Source: Octopus sinensis
Lineage: Eukaryota
DNA: 64,000 bases
Direction of reading: 5' to 3'
Assembly: GCF_006345805.1 (NCBI RefSeq)
Contig: NC_043001.1
Location: 123,318,001 to 123,382,000, forward strand
Made by a program: the position numbers and the translations under genes. A model generated the notes under the pieces. It saw nothing but the letters and a program-made list of their open reading frames with translations, had not been told where the DNA came from and did no database searches. Shown piece by piece: positions 1 to 13,961 of this stretch. Position 1 is the first letter of the stretch, and each line of letters opens with the position of its first letter.

Positions 1-383
1 GAGTTTGGTGTTGCATTTTTATGTGTTTTTGTTTTGACGTTTATTATGTTTTTGCAAGAGACCTCATTAGTCACACGACGAAATTGAACTGCCTGCCATT
101 AGTTTATTATAAACATGTATCATGACAAATGTTGCAACATAGAGAAGAACAATCAATGGGCATTGATTGTTTTTTTAATGCTTTCTACGTACACACATAT
201 ATATACACACATATATACACGCAGAAAGAGAGATAGAGAGAGGGGGAGAAAGAGAGACAACCACACACATATATGTACATATATTCATATACACATATAC
301 ATATCTATATATGTATATATAAACATACATATACATATGCACATTATATAAATGCGTTCATAAAATACACGTATATACATAGG

Positions 384-417
<34 letters not shown>

Positions 418-515
418 ATATATATACCTATATATATAATTATTTATATACACACATATATATTATTTATATACGTGTATTATATATATATAACTCACGT
501 ATTATATATTTTGTG

Positions 516-547
<32 letters not shown>

Positions 548-1200
548 ATCATACACATATATATTCACCTACACACCTACACACACATATAAATATACAT
601 ACATATGCATACATTCATAAGCATATACATACATACTCACACTCACATATATGCATTGAGACATGCACGGTAACAGTGGTATAGATACCTACACACACAT
701 ATCTATGCATTCACATACACACCACACACTTATGCACGCGCTCATCTATACATATTTATATTTATGATTGCATTTTCACCCACACCATCTTAGCATACTC
801 CTCAACCTACATCAATGCCACCACCACCACCACCACCACCACGGCCGCCGCTGCCACTACCACCAATAACAGCAGCATCACCGCCATTACGTCGTCAACG
901 TTCATTCTAACGTTCTTATCTTATTTAGGACGCAAACCTAATAATACATTTGAAAAACATTGATAAAAGAAGACAGTCAAATCAGAATGCAAAACACGTA
1001 GGTTTGTTAAGATATCTTCATGCTTTCCACAATGGTAAAGAGATGATGAGATGAGGAAGGTGGATTGTACTGGGAAAGAAATGATGGATTGGTGGGATTC
1101 GGAAGAGAAACGGAGATAGGAAATAATGACGGATTAACGAGAAGGGTAATTACTGATTTCCCTAGAGTTAATGTGAGGATGCATGGGTACATGCGGTTGC

Positions 1201-1660
1201 GTATGTATGTATGTATGTATGTATGTATGTATGTATGTATGTATGTATGTATGTATGTATGTATGTATGTATGTATGTATGTATGTATGTGTGTGTATGT
1301 ATGTATGTATGTAGGTATGTATGTATGTATGCATGTATGTATGTATGTGTTCATGTGCGTGTGTATGTATGTGTGTGTATGTTTGTATGTATGTGTGTGT
1401 GTATGTATCTTTGTATGTATGTGTGTATGTGCGTCTGTATGCATGTATGTATGAATGCATGTATGTGTATGTATGTACGTATGTATGTTTGCACATATGT
1501 ATGCATGTATGTGTGTGCATATATGTACGTGCAAACATGTATGTATGAACCTGTTCATGAACTTATGGTGTGTAGATTGTATGTGCATATACATGTGTGT
1601 ATATGTGTGTGTGTACGCACAAGCACGCACACACACACATATATAGACAGATATAGGCAT
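1201..1660. repeat. (TATG)n/(TG)n compound microsatellite
   Basis: Near-pure TATG run at 1201-1290 decaying into mixed TG/TATG; explains the MYVC/HTYI ORFs. Confidence 0.95.
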
Positions 1661-1694
1661 ACATGCCTACCATATACGCATCGATTAGCCGATT

Positions 1695-1728
<34 letters not shown>

Positions 1729-1921
1729 TCCATGTATATGTATACATATACGCATAGACATCAATATATACACGAGTGTTTTTGTTCTTATGTGTTGTGT
1801 GTGTAAGTGTTTGTTTGTTGTGTGTGTGTGTGAGTGTGTGTGCGCGTAGCATTCTTACGCTATTTTCACTCACAAATGTTCAAATACATTCTACGAAGAT
1901 GAAACCATACATTGATTAGGG

Positions 1922-1956
<35 letters not shown>

Positions 1957-3655
1957 CACACACACACACACACACCACACACACACACACACACACACGT
2001 TGAACAATATTGATGAATTATTGAAGTTAAAGCAGAGAAATACAAAATTGCTTTAAAAAAATATATCAGAACCTAATTTATATTTAAATACATTTGATGA
2101 ACAAACTTCATAAGAGGAATAGAAAATTGGCTAAATTCTTTGTGTTGTAAACGATGGAAGAATATATTATATATATTTGTTGGTAAAAACCCCAAAAGAA
2201 CTTGAATCGATTTTCGAAATTTCTATGCAATCAAGCTAAGAAAATTAGCAAAACTTTACAAAATTGGATAGATTAAATAGTGAAAAAGCTTGGCAGAATT
2301 TGCTGAGGTATTTGCTTTGGCTCAAGACCGTTACTTTTTGGTTCGCATTCAGGTGGGTTTAATTTTGATTCCGTGGACGATAAAGTCTGCCTGTTTTAGG
2401 GTGGATTTAATGAACTAACAAACTAGTGCATTTGGGTTATTTTTAAACAAGATACTACGGCTGAGAATCCAGAACGAATCCTTTTAGTGTTACTGACAAT
2501 TGAATATTGAGTTGTTCGACCAATTGAGTGATCTACTACTTAAATCCGTATATATGTGGCTGTGTATTTCGTAGACATGTGTAACTCTCAAACTATGTGA
2601 GATCCGAGTGGATGTTTAAATTTCAGTTACAATCCATCAATCGAGTTTCTGCATAGTTTTCTTCAGATTTTACACATAAGGCTTAAATTGTCTGAGGCCA
2701 TAGTTCGTTACCACAAGTGGGAACAAACTCAAAACCTTGTGATTGCAATGCAAGATTCTTAAACATTCTACTATGCTGCCTCAATAGCAGATGAGGGCAT
2801 AACCGCTTACAAATACAGAATTCCTGTGGGGAACAGGACCTCAACTATAACTTACCGCTGATTCTGGCATGAGTCAAAAGAGAAAGGATGTCTACACCCT
2901 CCTGGAGGAAACCAATAAAATGTATACAGAGGTGGTTGTTGTTTAGACAAGGCTGATAGATCATCCTGTCTTTTATTTAGACATTGTGATAGAACTACCA
3001 TATCCGATGATCTTTTCTCCCTATACAACAGTAGGACATGATTTGAGGGATATTTGGCTATTATTTCTAACACACGAAGCGACCACATAGTGACTCCCTC
3101 ATTGGTTCAAAAACTCATATATCTAAGGTGACCATAAACACATATCTCTAAGGTAGCAGAGTGGTTAGAGCTTTGCAGAAAAGGCATTGCAGTATTCGTT
3201 CCAGCTATGTGCAAGTCTTGCCGAAGTCAATCGCGATTTTCATTGCTTTAGGGATTGAAAATCGATAAATCTAGATAATAAGTAAGTACGATATTAGGAT
3301 TGATTCTTCACTATCTCTGCAAAACTCTTCTCTTTTGGAAGAAATCGACTGAGCTCAAAGCTGGGGAGGGTTGTACATCGCCAATCTTAAAATATAGAAT
3401 ACAAGCTAAGTGTTAAGAGAGCACCTCTACAAGTCCGTGATTCGAGGGCACAATGAAGGAAGTACACACACACACACACGCATACACACACACACACACA
3501 CACACACATACACACACACACACACAATTAGGCAGTGAATAGGAAGTTCCTTGCGTTTCGCCCTTGGCTGTTCACAATGCTTATAAATGTATATGTGTAT
3601 GTGAATGTATATATATGTGTGTGTATATGTATGTGTGTGTGTGTGTATGTGTGTG

Positions 3656-3709
<54 letters not shown>

Positions 3710-3907
3710 TGTGTGTGTATTATGAACATATGTGGTAGCTCTGAAGAAGATAAAGGTGCTGGTACGTTCTATACATTTTCAGTCTATCGACTACGGATTG
3801 ATTGAGAAATATTATTCCACTAGGGAACTAAAACCCTCCAAATTTTATTGGAAACATATGGAAGCTAACTGAATAAATATATAAAAATCCATTATCTGCG
3901 TGCATTA

Positions 3908-4139
3908 CATGTATGTATGTATGTAAGTATGTATGTATGTATGTATGTATGTATGTATGTATGTATGTATGTATGTATGTATGTATGTATGTATGTATGT
4001 ATGTATGTGTGTGTGCGTGCACATATATTAATGTTTGTTTTTACATTCAGTTATTATATAAATAATCTAAGATTAAAATGAAGAGTTATTACTTTTTATA
4101 TAGTATATATTTAATATTCTTACACAAACTGTTTTTGTT

Positions 4140-4196
<57 letters not shown>

Positions 4197-4321
4197 CATA
4201 CATATATATACATATATGTATATATATATATATATGTATAAATATATATGTATGTATATATATATATATGTGCATATATATATATATACATACATATATA
4301 TATACATACATATATATATAC

Positions 4322-4370
<49 letters not shown>

Positions 4371-4378
4371 CATATATG

Positions 4379-4419
<41 letters not shown>

Positions 4420-4520
4420 TATATATTTATTTATATGTATATAGATATATAGATATACATATGTATGTATATATACATATAGACACATACATACATATGT
4501 ATATATTTATAGATCGGTAA
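3908..4520. repeat. (TATG)n followed by long interrupted (TA)n
   Basis: TATG array at 3908-4005; TA/TACA array at 4142-4520. Confidence 0.95.
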
Positions 4521-5421
4521 GTTATATCTACCGAAGAGGGTGGGTGGCTTTTAATAATGATAGATCGACTGAACAGTCGGTGAGCTATTACTTGGCTATG
4601 GATACAGAGTATCGCCATTTGCGGCAGAGAGAAGAAATAAAGCAACAGAAAGAAATGTTGAGAATCGGATATGACGTCAGTGGCGGAGATGTCGGGTTGA
4701 ACAGATCACAGAGAGAGGGTTTGAGAGAGAGAGAGAGAGAGAGAGGGAGGAAGAGGAGGTGGAGGAAGAGGAGAGAGAGAAAGTGAAGAAGGGGTAGGTA
4801 AATGATATAAAGATGAATTATCAGAAGAATGCGATCAGCGGAGGCGATCGTGAAGATGAAAGGAAAAAAAAAAACAGATTTGAAAATAGTAATACAACGA
4901 ATAAGCAGCAGCAACAGTAACAGCAACAGATTAAGAAGAAGAAATAGAATACAAGAATATTAGAATAGTGGAATGAGAGAATGAGAACTATAAGAAGTTA
5001 AAAGGAAATTAAAAAGGAAGTAGAAGGTAAGAGAGTTAACATCTTTTCAAGACTTAAAGGAGCATTGCCAGCAGCCGCTGCAGTACCAGCACCATCGACA
5101 AGAACAATAGCAGTAAAAATGACAAAAAGAAGAAGAAGAACAACAACAACAAAAACTGCAACAATGACAACAACAGTAACAGCCACAACAAAGATGACGG
5201 CGACGACAGTAAAAAGTGAAACTAAAGTAGATTCTTAACTACAGGTAAAATTCCCCCAAAAGAACGACCCGGTTAGACTGTATTAGATTAATGAAGGACT
5301 CTGTCTTACCTGTTATTCTCTCTCTGTTCCCACCTCTCTCTCGTTCTCTCTCTCTCTCTTTCACTCACTCTCTCTCTCTCTCTCTCTCTCTTTATTTCTT
5401 TCTCTTTCTTGCTTAATCCTG

Positions 5422-5843
5422 TTACTATTTTACTATTTTTTACTCTTTTACTTGTTTCAGTCATTTGACTGCGGCCATGCTGGAGCACCGCCTTTAGTCG
5501 ATCGAGCAAATCGACCCCGGGACTTATTCTTTGTAAGCCCAGTACTTATTCTATCGGTCTCTTTTGCCGAACCGCTAAGTGACGGGGACGTAAACACACC
5601 AGCATCGGTTGTCAAGCAATGCTAGGGGGACAAACACAGACACACAAACACACACACGCATATATAGATATATATATATATATATATACATATATACGAC
5701 AGGCTTCTTTCAGTTTCCATCTACCAAATCTACTCACAAGGCTTTGGTCGGCCCGAGGCTATAGTAGAAGACACTTGCCCAAGGTGCCACGCAGTGGGAT
5801 TGAACCCGGAACCATGTGGTTGGTAAACAAGCTACTTACCACA
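5422..5843 (-). mobile_element. tRNA-headed SINE, family C, near full length, with internal microsatellite
   Basis: Minus strand reads TGTGGTAAGTAGCTTG (A-box-like), GGTTCAATCCC (B box), CCTTGGGCAAGTGTC (CORE-domain-like motif), an internal (TA)/(TG) tract and a (GAGTAAAA)-type tail; at least 6 further copies in the window. Confidence 0.9.
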
Positions 5844-6075
5844 ACACAATCTGGAAATGTTGTTACATGGTAATTCAGGTAGGTAGTGCTAGGCTAAATG
5901 ACGGATATACAAAAAGAAAAAAAAAGTGAATTAAATTGTAACTTGCCCTCTATTGGACGAAAGAGAGATGGAAAGAGGAAGAGAGAGGGAGGGAGAGAGA
6001 AAACACAAAGCTAGGCATATTGGTTAGAGAGTTTGAAGGAAGAAGAGAGGATATTATCTCGAGAAATTCAAGAAA

Positions 6076-6238
6076 GGCTGTGCAGTGAGAAGCTTGCTTC
6101 CTTACCACGTAGTTTCGGATTCAATCCTTCAGCATGGGGCCGTGAGCAAGTGTCTTTTATTATAATATTATAACCTCAGGTTGACCAAAGTTAGTGAGTC
6201 AGTGAATTTAATAAATGAAAACTGAGAGAAGCCTGTAG

Positions 6239-6240
<2 letters not shown>
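6076..6240 (+). mobile_element. Family C SINE 5' half, diverged
   Basis: Aligns to the head of 5422-5843 (GAGCAAGTGTCTT, GACCAAAG, AAACTGAGAGAAGCCTG) and ends at the internal microsatellite. Confidence 0.75.
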
Positions 6241-6270
<30 letters not shown>

Positions 6271-6282
6271 TGTATGTATGTA

Positions 6283-6319
<37 letters not shown>

Positions 6320-6328
6320 TCGCATGTG

Positions 6329-6714
6329 GAGGCGCAATGGCCCAGTGGTTAGGGCAGCGGACTCGCGGTCATAGGATCGCGGTTTCGATTCTCAGACCGG
6401 GCGTTGTGAGTGTTTATTGAGCGAAAACACCTAAAGCTCCACGAGGCTCCGGCAGGGGATGGTGGTGATCCCTGCTGGTACTCTTTCACCACAACTTTCT
6501 CTCACTCTTACTTCCTGTTTCTGTTGTACCTGTATTTCAAAGGGCCGGCCTTGTCACTCTCTGTGTCACGCTGAATATCCCCGAGAACTACGTTAAGGGT
6601 ACACGTGTCTGTGGAGTGGTCAGCCACTTACACGTTAATTTCATGAGCAGGCTGTTCCGTTGATTCGGATCAATCGGAACCCTCGTCGTCGTAACCGACG
6701 GAGTGCTTCCATCC
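6329..6714 (+). mobile_element. tRNA-headed SINE (head H2 + tail T1) with 11-bp TSD
   Basis: A box TGGCCCAGTGGTTAGG and B-box-like GGTTTCGATTC; ATTCGCATGTG duplicated at 6318-6328 and 6715-6725. Confidence 0.9.
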
Positions 6715-8637
6715 ATTCGCATGTGCATATACATACATATATATGTATATACATATATACACTCATATATACAAATGCATACTATGTATTCTATAATGTT
6801 GCGAGTGAGGTGGTGACTTGACAACATACGACTGAGCGTAATTACATATCACACCACACAGCATAAAACAACACATTTCGTCAATACCGATGGTTTTTTT
6901 TATATTAGTATTTTTGAAATGAAGATATTAAACAGATAACATTATATGAATGGTACTCATTTCATCGACTCCAGTGGGATATGAGTAAAGTTGAGCCCGG
7001 TAAGATTTGACCTAAGACATAAGACAGTAGGAACCAGTGCATTTTGTCCGGTATCTACGGTTTTTGCCACTCCACTGCATCCTATCTACTATTTGCTTGA
7101 GGAATATATAGAAAGTTGAAAGTGTTGCTATATCGATTTTGTTCAAATTCCTGGGTGACATATGGCATATATTATTCAGTATTGGTGTATTATCTTGTCA
7201 TATCAGTTTTATCATTCCATGCACGAAAATTACCATTAGTTGATTTAGTGAAAAGAAACTCAAAAGAAACAGAGAAAACAACTACAACATCAACGACAAA
7301 AAAAAAAAAAGAAACAAAAGCAAAAACAAACAAAACAACACACAATAAAAACGAAAAATATATAAAGACTCAAATTTTGGTTTTCGATAAGTTGGTTAAA
7401 GATGGGAGAAATCAATAACAAAACGTTGAGAGCACTTATGTAGAATCTCACAAGTATTGGAATTACACTGTTCAGTATTTTCTCTCGATCTGTAACTTGT
7501 CATATAATGATTTCTTACATTCGTACAAAAGCTCAGATTTATTGGAAATGTAAATTAAATGAATGCGCTGCGACGATTGTACCTCGTTTCTTAACAAAAC
7601 ATTAGAGCACTATGTGAAGTGAAATTGCTACGCTTAGGAAACGAAACCGGTTTATTCACAATTATATTCTTTTATTCTTTTTCACTCCTTTCTTTTGCTT
7701 TACCGGTTTCAGTCGATGGAGTGCAGCCATGTTCGAGCACCGTCTTCAGGATTTTACATTTTTTTTAGTCGTTCATAACAACTTCGTTACTTATTTTTGT
7801 CTGGTATATTATTTTATCGATCTGTAATTTATCGATTGGAAAAGTTTCCACTTCGACACAACTCTGTTTCTTTGTGTTAAACCATAAATAATCACGCATG
7901 CACACACACACGCGTGTATATGCACACATACGCACACGCGAGTATATGCACACACACGCGCGCGCCCGCGCGGCATTTGCACACACATATCTTTGTTTTG
8001 GATCTCCACCGGTCAAGGATGACCATGCACATATATGTGCTGTCTTGGTAAGAATTTGTGAAGGAAACTGTTGTTCATATCTCCAAGTCTTCTCTCTCTA
8101 TGCCAGCGACGTTTATTTAAGGCAAAGGCCACCACGACTTGGGCAGATAAGGCTTGACTCCAATCTTGTCGCAGGCGTTAGTATCAAATTGCTAAGAATA
8201 GGAAATATACCATTCATCTTGTCTAACCTTCTAAAAGGTCCACCAACCCATAGCCCTCATAGCCCTCGTTTGCTCCTTTTTTATAGATACTGAAAGGATG
8301 GCAAGTAAACAAGTAAAATTGATTTCGGCGGTATTTGAACCCAAAATGCAGAGACGGAACTAATACTGCAACATATTGTATCCAACGATTTAAGGTTGCA
8401 TTACATGCATATCATACATACATACATACATACATATACATACAATGCATATATACACACACATACATGCTTACATATATACATACATACGTACATAAAG
8501 ACTATGAGGGGTTTTGTTCATTGATGATCTAAACCAGTAGGTTCGCTGCATAAGTACTATAACTGGTCATTCTTTTAGGTTCCAAGCTCACAGCTGAGAC
8601 TGGAGCTAGGGATCCGTAGTAGACTTCCGTGTCAGCA

Positions 8638-8829
8638 GTATATATTAGAGGAAAAAGGACAACAAAACCACGGAAGGACGAGCAGCTCAGGTTATTTAGA
8701 ATATTTAATTAGAGTAAGGTGAATTACTTGTACTTCTTCTTTGATTCACCTTGCTCCAATTAAATATTCTTAATGACCTGAGAGGCTCGTCCTGCCTTGG
8801 TTTTGTTTTCTTTCTCCTTTAATATATAC
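8638..8829. mobile_element. MITE-like fold-back element
   Basis: Arms 8638-8725 and 8743-8829 are reverse complements with about 12 mismatches and 1 gap; both ends are TATATA, compatible with a TA target. Confidence 0.6.
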
Positions 8830-8833
8830 ATAC

Positions 8834-8888
<55 letters not shown>

Positions 8889-8895
8889 ATATGAT

Positions 8896-9045
8896 GCGTG
8901 GCCCAGTGGTTAAGGTATTGCATTCAGTAGCGCGAGATCGTGTTCTCGATTCCCGGACAGAGCAGTGCGTTGTATTGTTGAACAAAGTATCCGTTCATCC
9001 GCGCAGGTTGTTCAGCAAGTAATTGCAGAACTCTCATCCGTCGTT
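8896..9045 (+). mobile_element. Degraded tRNA-headed SINE fragment
   Basis: GCGTGGCCCAGTGGTTAAGG A box and CTCGATTCCCGG B-box remnant. Confidence 0.65.
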
Positions 9046-9229
9046 TAAGACAGAAGAATCCACCATATCTTATTTATGGTTTTGGTTTTGTGTTTCAGCT
9101 TCTATAACTTTTCACACGTCACATCAGATTGTCGTAATACATCTTGGGTATCTGCTATATTCCCACGATAGATATATGTCCAAGTATACTTTAAAAAACT
9201 GCTTCCTGTATGGGAGTAGTTTAGTACAA

Positions 9230-9600
9230 CACAGTTCAGCTCCTTTTGTGCGCCATAAGTTTAGTTATGAGTTTGAGAGTGACTTCAAGACAGTTAACTG
9301 AGTGGTCTTTATATCAGAGCATTCTGTGGTGTGTGAGTATGTAACAGGAGCACCGTCTCCAGATGTAGGTGAAATAGTCCATTGTGGGCCATATCTGAGC
9401 TTTGAGAGGGTTAGTTATTTAGCTTCGAAGGATTGATTTTATTGTGTTGAGTATCTATGCTTACCAGAAGAGATCCTTGGTGTTGATGAGTATTTAAAAA
9501 CGTTGGTGAGAGTTCTATTTACATACTTTCTATGTTTAAAGGTGGGGATGTAATGTTTTATTGATAAATATAATGATTGTATTATCTAACAAGAAGTCAC
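9230..9600 (-). mobile_element. Highly degraded CR1/L2/Jockey-group LINE ORF2 3' fragment
   Basis: Minus-strand translation LKAQIWPTMDYFTYIW resembles the post-RT motif YKAQIRPxMEYCSHIW and the fragment at 33.4 kb. Confidence 0.5.
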
Positions 9601-9958
9601 CAACTCAAAACATAAGCAGGAAACTGAGACCATAGATAGGCGTTCTAGACACGGTCAAACGCTTTGTTCATGATTAGGCCAACGATATGACTTACACCGA
9701 TTTCTTTTTGTGGTAAGCTCATGAGTGTTTAAGTGGTAGGATTTCAGTAGATATGGATTTATGACTTAGCCATATGGATGGTAATTAAGGGGTTAGATAG
9801 ATAGAGATAGAGAGAGAGGGGGGGAAGAAAGGGAGACACAGTGAGAGAGGAAGAGAATGAGAAACAGAGAAACAGAGAGGGGAGACTTAAGATTCTGTAG
9901 AAGGTTGTTGTCAAAATCTGTCTTCATCAACCTTGATATTACTAGATGCGAGGGGAAA

Positions 9959-10169
9959 ACGGTGAGCTGGCAGAATTGTTAGCACGCTGGACAAGATATT
10001 TGGCAGCATTTTGTCCGTCATTACGGTCTGAGTTCAAATTCTGTCGAAGTCGACTTTGCTGTTAATTCTTTCAGGGTCGATAAAATAAGTAATAGTTGAG
10101 AACTAGGGTCGATGTAATCGACTAGCTACATCCTGCAAAATTTTAGGCCTTGTGCCTATATTAGAAAAG
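9959..10169 (+). mobile_element. Family A SINE, older tail variant
   Basis: GAGCTGGCAGAA head, TGAGTTCAAATT box, GTCGACTTTG...GGTCGATAAAATAAGT core and GCCTTGTGCCTATATTAGAAA tail. Confidence 0.8.
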
Positions 10170-10655
10170 TTCATTTGAGTTGAGAACAACAGGATAATAA
10201 AAGGAAGAGTCAGTTTTCTTGAGAAATGGTCACATTGTCACGTAGTTTCAAAGATAGGAATGTTTACATATAATGAAAGAAAGAGAAGAGACACAGAGAT
10301 AAGGGATAGGAGAGTGAGAGACAGCTAGTGTAGGAAGGTTTAGCTTGAAGAGTTTAGTGAAGATAATGGTTAGATTTCAGGCCCAACGTTTGAAAGTAAC
10401 TGATGGGAAATTGTCAGTGTCATTGCTCTTTACTTGAAGTGACCGCTTAGTGTATATGCGTGCATGGTGGTAGAAGTTGAGGAGAGGAAAGAGATAGCTG
10501 TGAAAAAGAAACTGTGTTTACTGTGCCATGTTGGATTCAAAGTGGGTAACGAATATGGACGCTTTCTGAAAAGAAAGTGTCCCTATTCCGCCTTTCCTCT
10601 ACTTCAACTCTTCCCAAAAGAGTAGAAGTAGAGGAAAAGCGGATTCCGTGAAGTA

Positions 10656-10712
<57 letters not shown>

Positions 10713-11431
10713 ATATATATATATATATATATATTTATTTATATATATATATATGTGTGTGTGTATGTGTGTGTGTGTGTACGTACAAAGATAATACCTA
10801 AATAACAACAGATATATATGTACTGATATAAGTATGTATACTGCAGCAGTATATTTCTAGATATATGAGTCCTACCCTATTATATATAAACACAGATACA
10901 TATCATACTGTCAACTCTCGATGATCATAATACATACACACACATACACCCACGGTCCCACATACACACGCCATCATTTACCATACTAATGTTTATTGGA
11001 AAAATATTCGCTAAATCAGATTGTATATAAAAAATATCCTACGTATATATATATGTATATGTTTATGAGTATATAGCATATTTATATTTTATACATACAT
11101 ACATATATATATATATATAAACATACACAAATATATATATATATGTTTATATATATATATGCGTATTTATGTGTATGCGCATACATATATGCATGCATAC
11201 ATACATATATACATACATAGCTACAAACAAACATACATGCATACAAATATGCAAACATCCAAACACACATTAGTGTATATAACCAGCCAACAAAACATCA
11301 TATAAAAGTGGGTATAGATAAGAATAAATCGATAAAAATCGACTTTTTCTCACGGGTGTTGAATATTTTCATGACACGTAACAGAGCACAAAATATACAT
11401 GAAAGCATGAAATGGGGAGAGAGAGATGAAG

Positions 11432-11462
<31 letters not shown>

Positions 11463-11869
11463 GAGAGGGGGTAGAGGAGGAGGGGAGAAACCAAAAGAGA
11501 GAAAGGGGGAGGTGAAGATACTAGAAGGAACAAAAAAAAAAACGAGAGGGTACGAACGAGAGCAAGGAAAATAGAGAATTCTAGATCGGGTGGTTTGAGC
11601 TTTTCCTATGTATTTCAAGAGAAAGAGGTAAAAATTGGATAAACAAGGAAAAGAAAGAATTCAGAAAGAAAATTCACTGATTTAATAGATGTAAATCAAT
11701 CTTATTCTAGTTTTATCGAATGTCTAAGGATTCGAGTATTTGCATAAGATGTCGGCCATTGTTCTGCTTAAGAGAGGTTTCTCTGTTGACTTACGTATTT
11801 TTACATATTGTATATATTTTTTACTCAGTCTTTTTTTTTCTATTTTTTATTCATCGATGTTAGTTTCAA

Positions 11870-12171
11870 ATTTTTGTTTAGTTGTAATTCTATTTGCTTC
11901 TGTGTGTGTGTGAGTGTGAGAGAGAGAGAAAGCGTGTATATATTCATATATGTATGAATGCACACACACTTACACACACAGGCACAGGCACACATAGCCA
12001 TAGACAGTATATATGAGCCTATATGTGGATATATATATGAACATATCAATACGTCCATATATGAATACATATCAATATTATATATACATACATTTATATC
12101 TGTGTATATATATATATGTGTGTATATATGTGTATATATCTATGTATATATATATATATATATATATACAT

Positions 12172-12224
<53 letters not shown>

Positions 12225-12241
12225 CATACATATATATATAT

Positions 12242-12282
<41 letters not shown>

Positions 12283-12392
12283 CATGCAGACATGCATCAA
12301 TGAAGAAATATACATATACATGGACGTGTACGTGAGTATACACAGACACGCACACATAAGTATATGCATATACATATACATACATACATATA

Positions 12393-12465
<73 letters not shown>

Positions 12466-12580
12466 CATACATGCATACATACATACAAATATGTATTGAT
12501 ATATTTATGATTTATGCATATATATATATACATACACACTCGCATATATAAACGTACGTACATGATATATATACATGCAT

Positions 12581-12615
<35 letters not shown>

Positions 12616-12805
12616 CATATATATAAAGACATACTTACATAGACATATACTCATTGGTTTATTAAATTTGATTTCCTTTAATCTTGTTTTTACTTTGACA
12701 CAGGGAAATGAAAAGCTAACTTTATGGCCGGAGAATATGTATACACTAATGATTATTCAGTTTATTCATGAATAACTTTACATAATATCCTCATACATAC
12801 ATATA

Positions 12806-12837
<32 letters not shown>

Positions 12838-13330
12838 CATACATACGTACGTACGTACATATGTATGTATATATACATATGTATGTATGTGTATGTATAT
12901 ACATATACCGTAGATATATATTTGCATATATATATTTATATGTAGATATATATGTATGGTATATATGTGAATACATGTGCATATACATATTTGTGATAAA
13001 TATAAATACACACAAGCGCATATAAAGACGTACATACATACACGCACACATACACACGCACACAAGCACACAAATATATATGTATATATGCATACAAACA
13101 TACATAAACGCATACAATACATACATTAACACACAAGCACGCATACTCATATACATACGTACATACATACATATATATATGTATATATATATATATATAT
13201 ATACATACATACATTTATGTATTTATATACATATATGAGTTCATAATTGCACGCCTATAACATATGTATAGACGCAAATACACACATACACGCACATAAC
13301 ATATACACTCGCTACACACACACACACAAA
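11870..13330. repeat. About 1.4 kb TA/CA/TACA microsatellite field with a short unique interruption
   Basis: Alternating purine-pyrimidine repeats dominate, except at about 12650-12780. Confidence 0.9.
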
Positions 13331-13690
13331 TTTATATTGTATGTTTATAATGGTGTGAGACATAACACTGAATCTGTTGATTATTAATATTTTTTATTAA
13401 AAAATATTAAAATTTATCATATTTCTCCAGATCTTTAATACATAAAGTAATATTCTTGACTAAAGTACACAGATGACTGTTGAGTAATTGATTTATTGAT
13501 GTCACAGTCATTGATATAACAGATAATCTTGTGATCACTGCGCACAATTCTATTGGAGCTTCAAAGTCGCATAACCCCCAGACGATAATTACTGTGTTGA
13601 ATTCTTCTCCCCAAAATTCGTGCCTCCTATTTTCGCTGTCAAATTTCACTTGACTGTTTATATTGAAGTATGTTATCTAGCACTCTCTTG

Positions 13691-13961
13691 GTTACGATGG
13701 CAAGCGTTCCAGGTGATCCGATTAACCGAACAACCAACTCTTGAAATTAACGTGCAAGTGGTTGAGCACTCCACAGATACACGTACTCTTTATGTAGCTC
13801 TTAGGGATATTCAGCGTGACACGGAAAGTGACAAGGCTGGACATTTCAAATACAGGCACTGCTCATTTTTGTCAGCTGAATGGATTGGTGCAACGTGAAA
13901 TAAAGTGTCTTGCTCGAGAACACAGTGCACCACCGAGAATCGAACTCACTACCTTACGATC
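13691..13961 (-). mobile_element. SINE with head H1 + tail T1
   Basis: Head GAGCAAGACACTTTATTTCACGTTGC...AAAATGAG matches 62348-62490; tail CCTGTATTT...GTGTCACGCTGAATATCC...CGTAAC matches 6528-6695. Confidence 0.85.

Noticed and set aside
3545-3585. GCCAAGGGCGAAAC motif on the minus strand (similar string near 16775)
   Set aside because: Stem II-GAAAC-like, but no CUGANGA core; too degraded to call.
6329-6400. tRNA-like A/B boxes here and at 8896, 49046 and 62348
   Set aside because: They are SINE heads with no complete cloverleaf or acceptor stem; not tRNA genes.
13407-13649. Minus-strand ORF with IIVWG, weakly like the Tc1 VMVWG motif
   Set aside because: Only one short motif; no DDE residues or TIRs identifiable.
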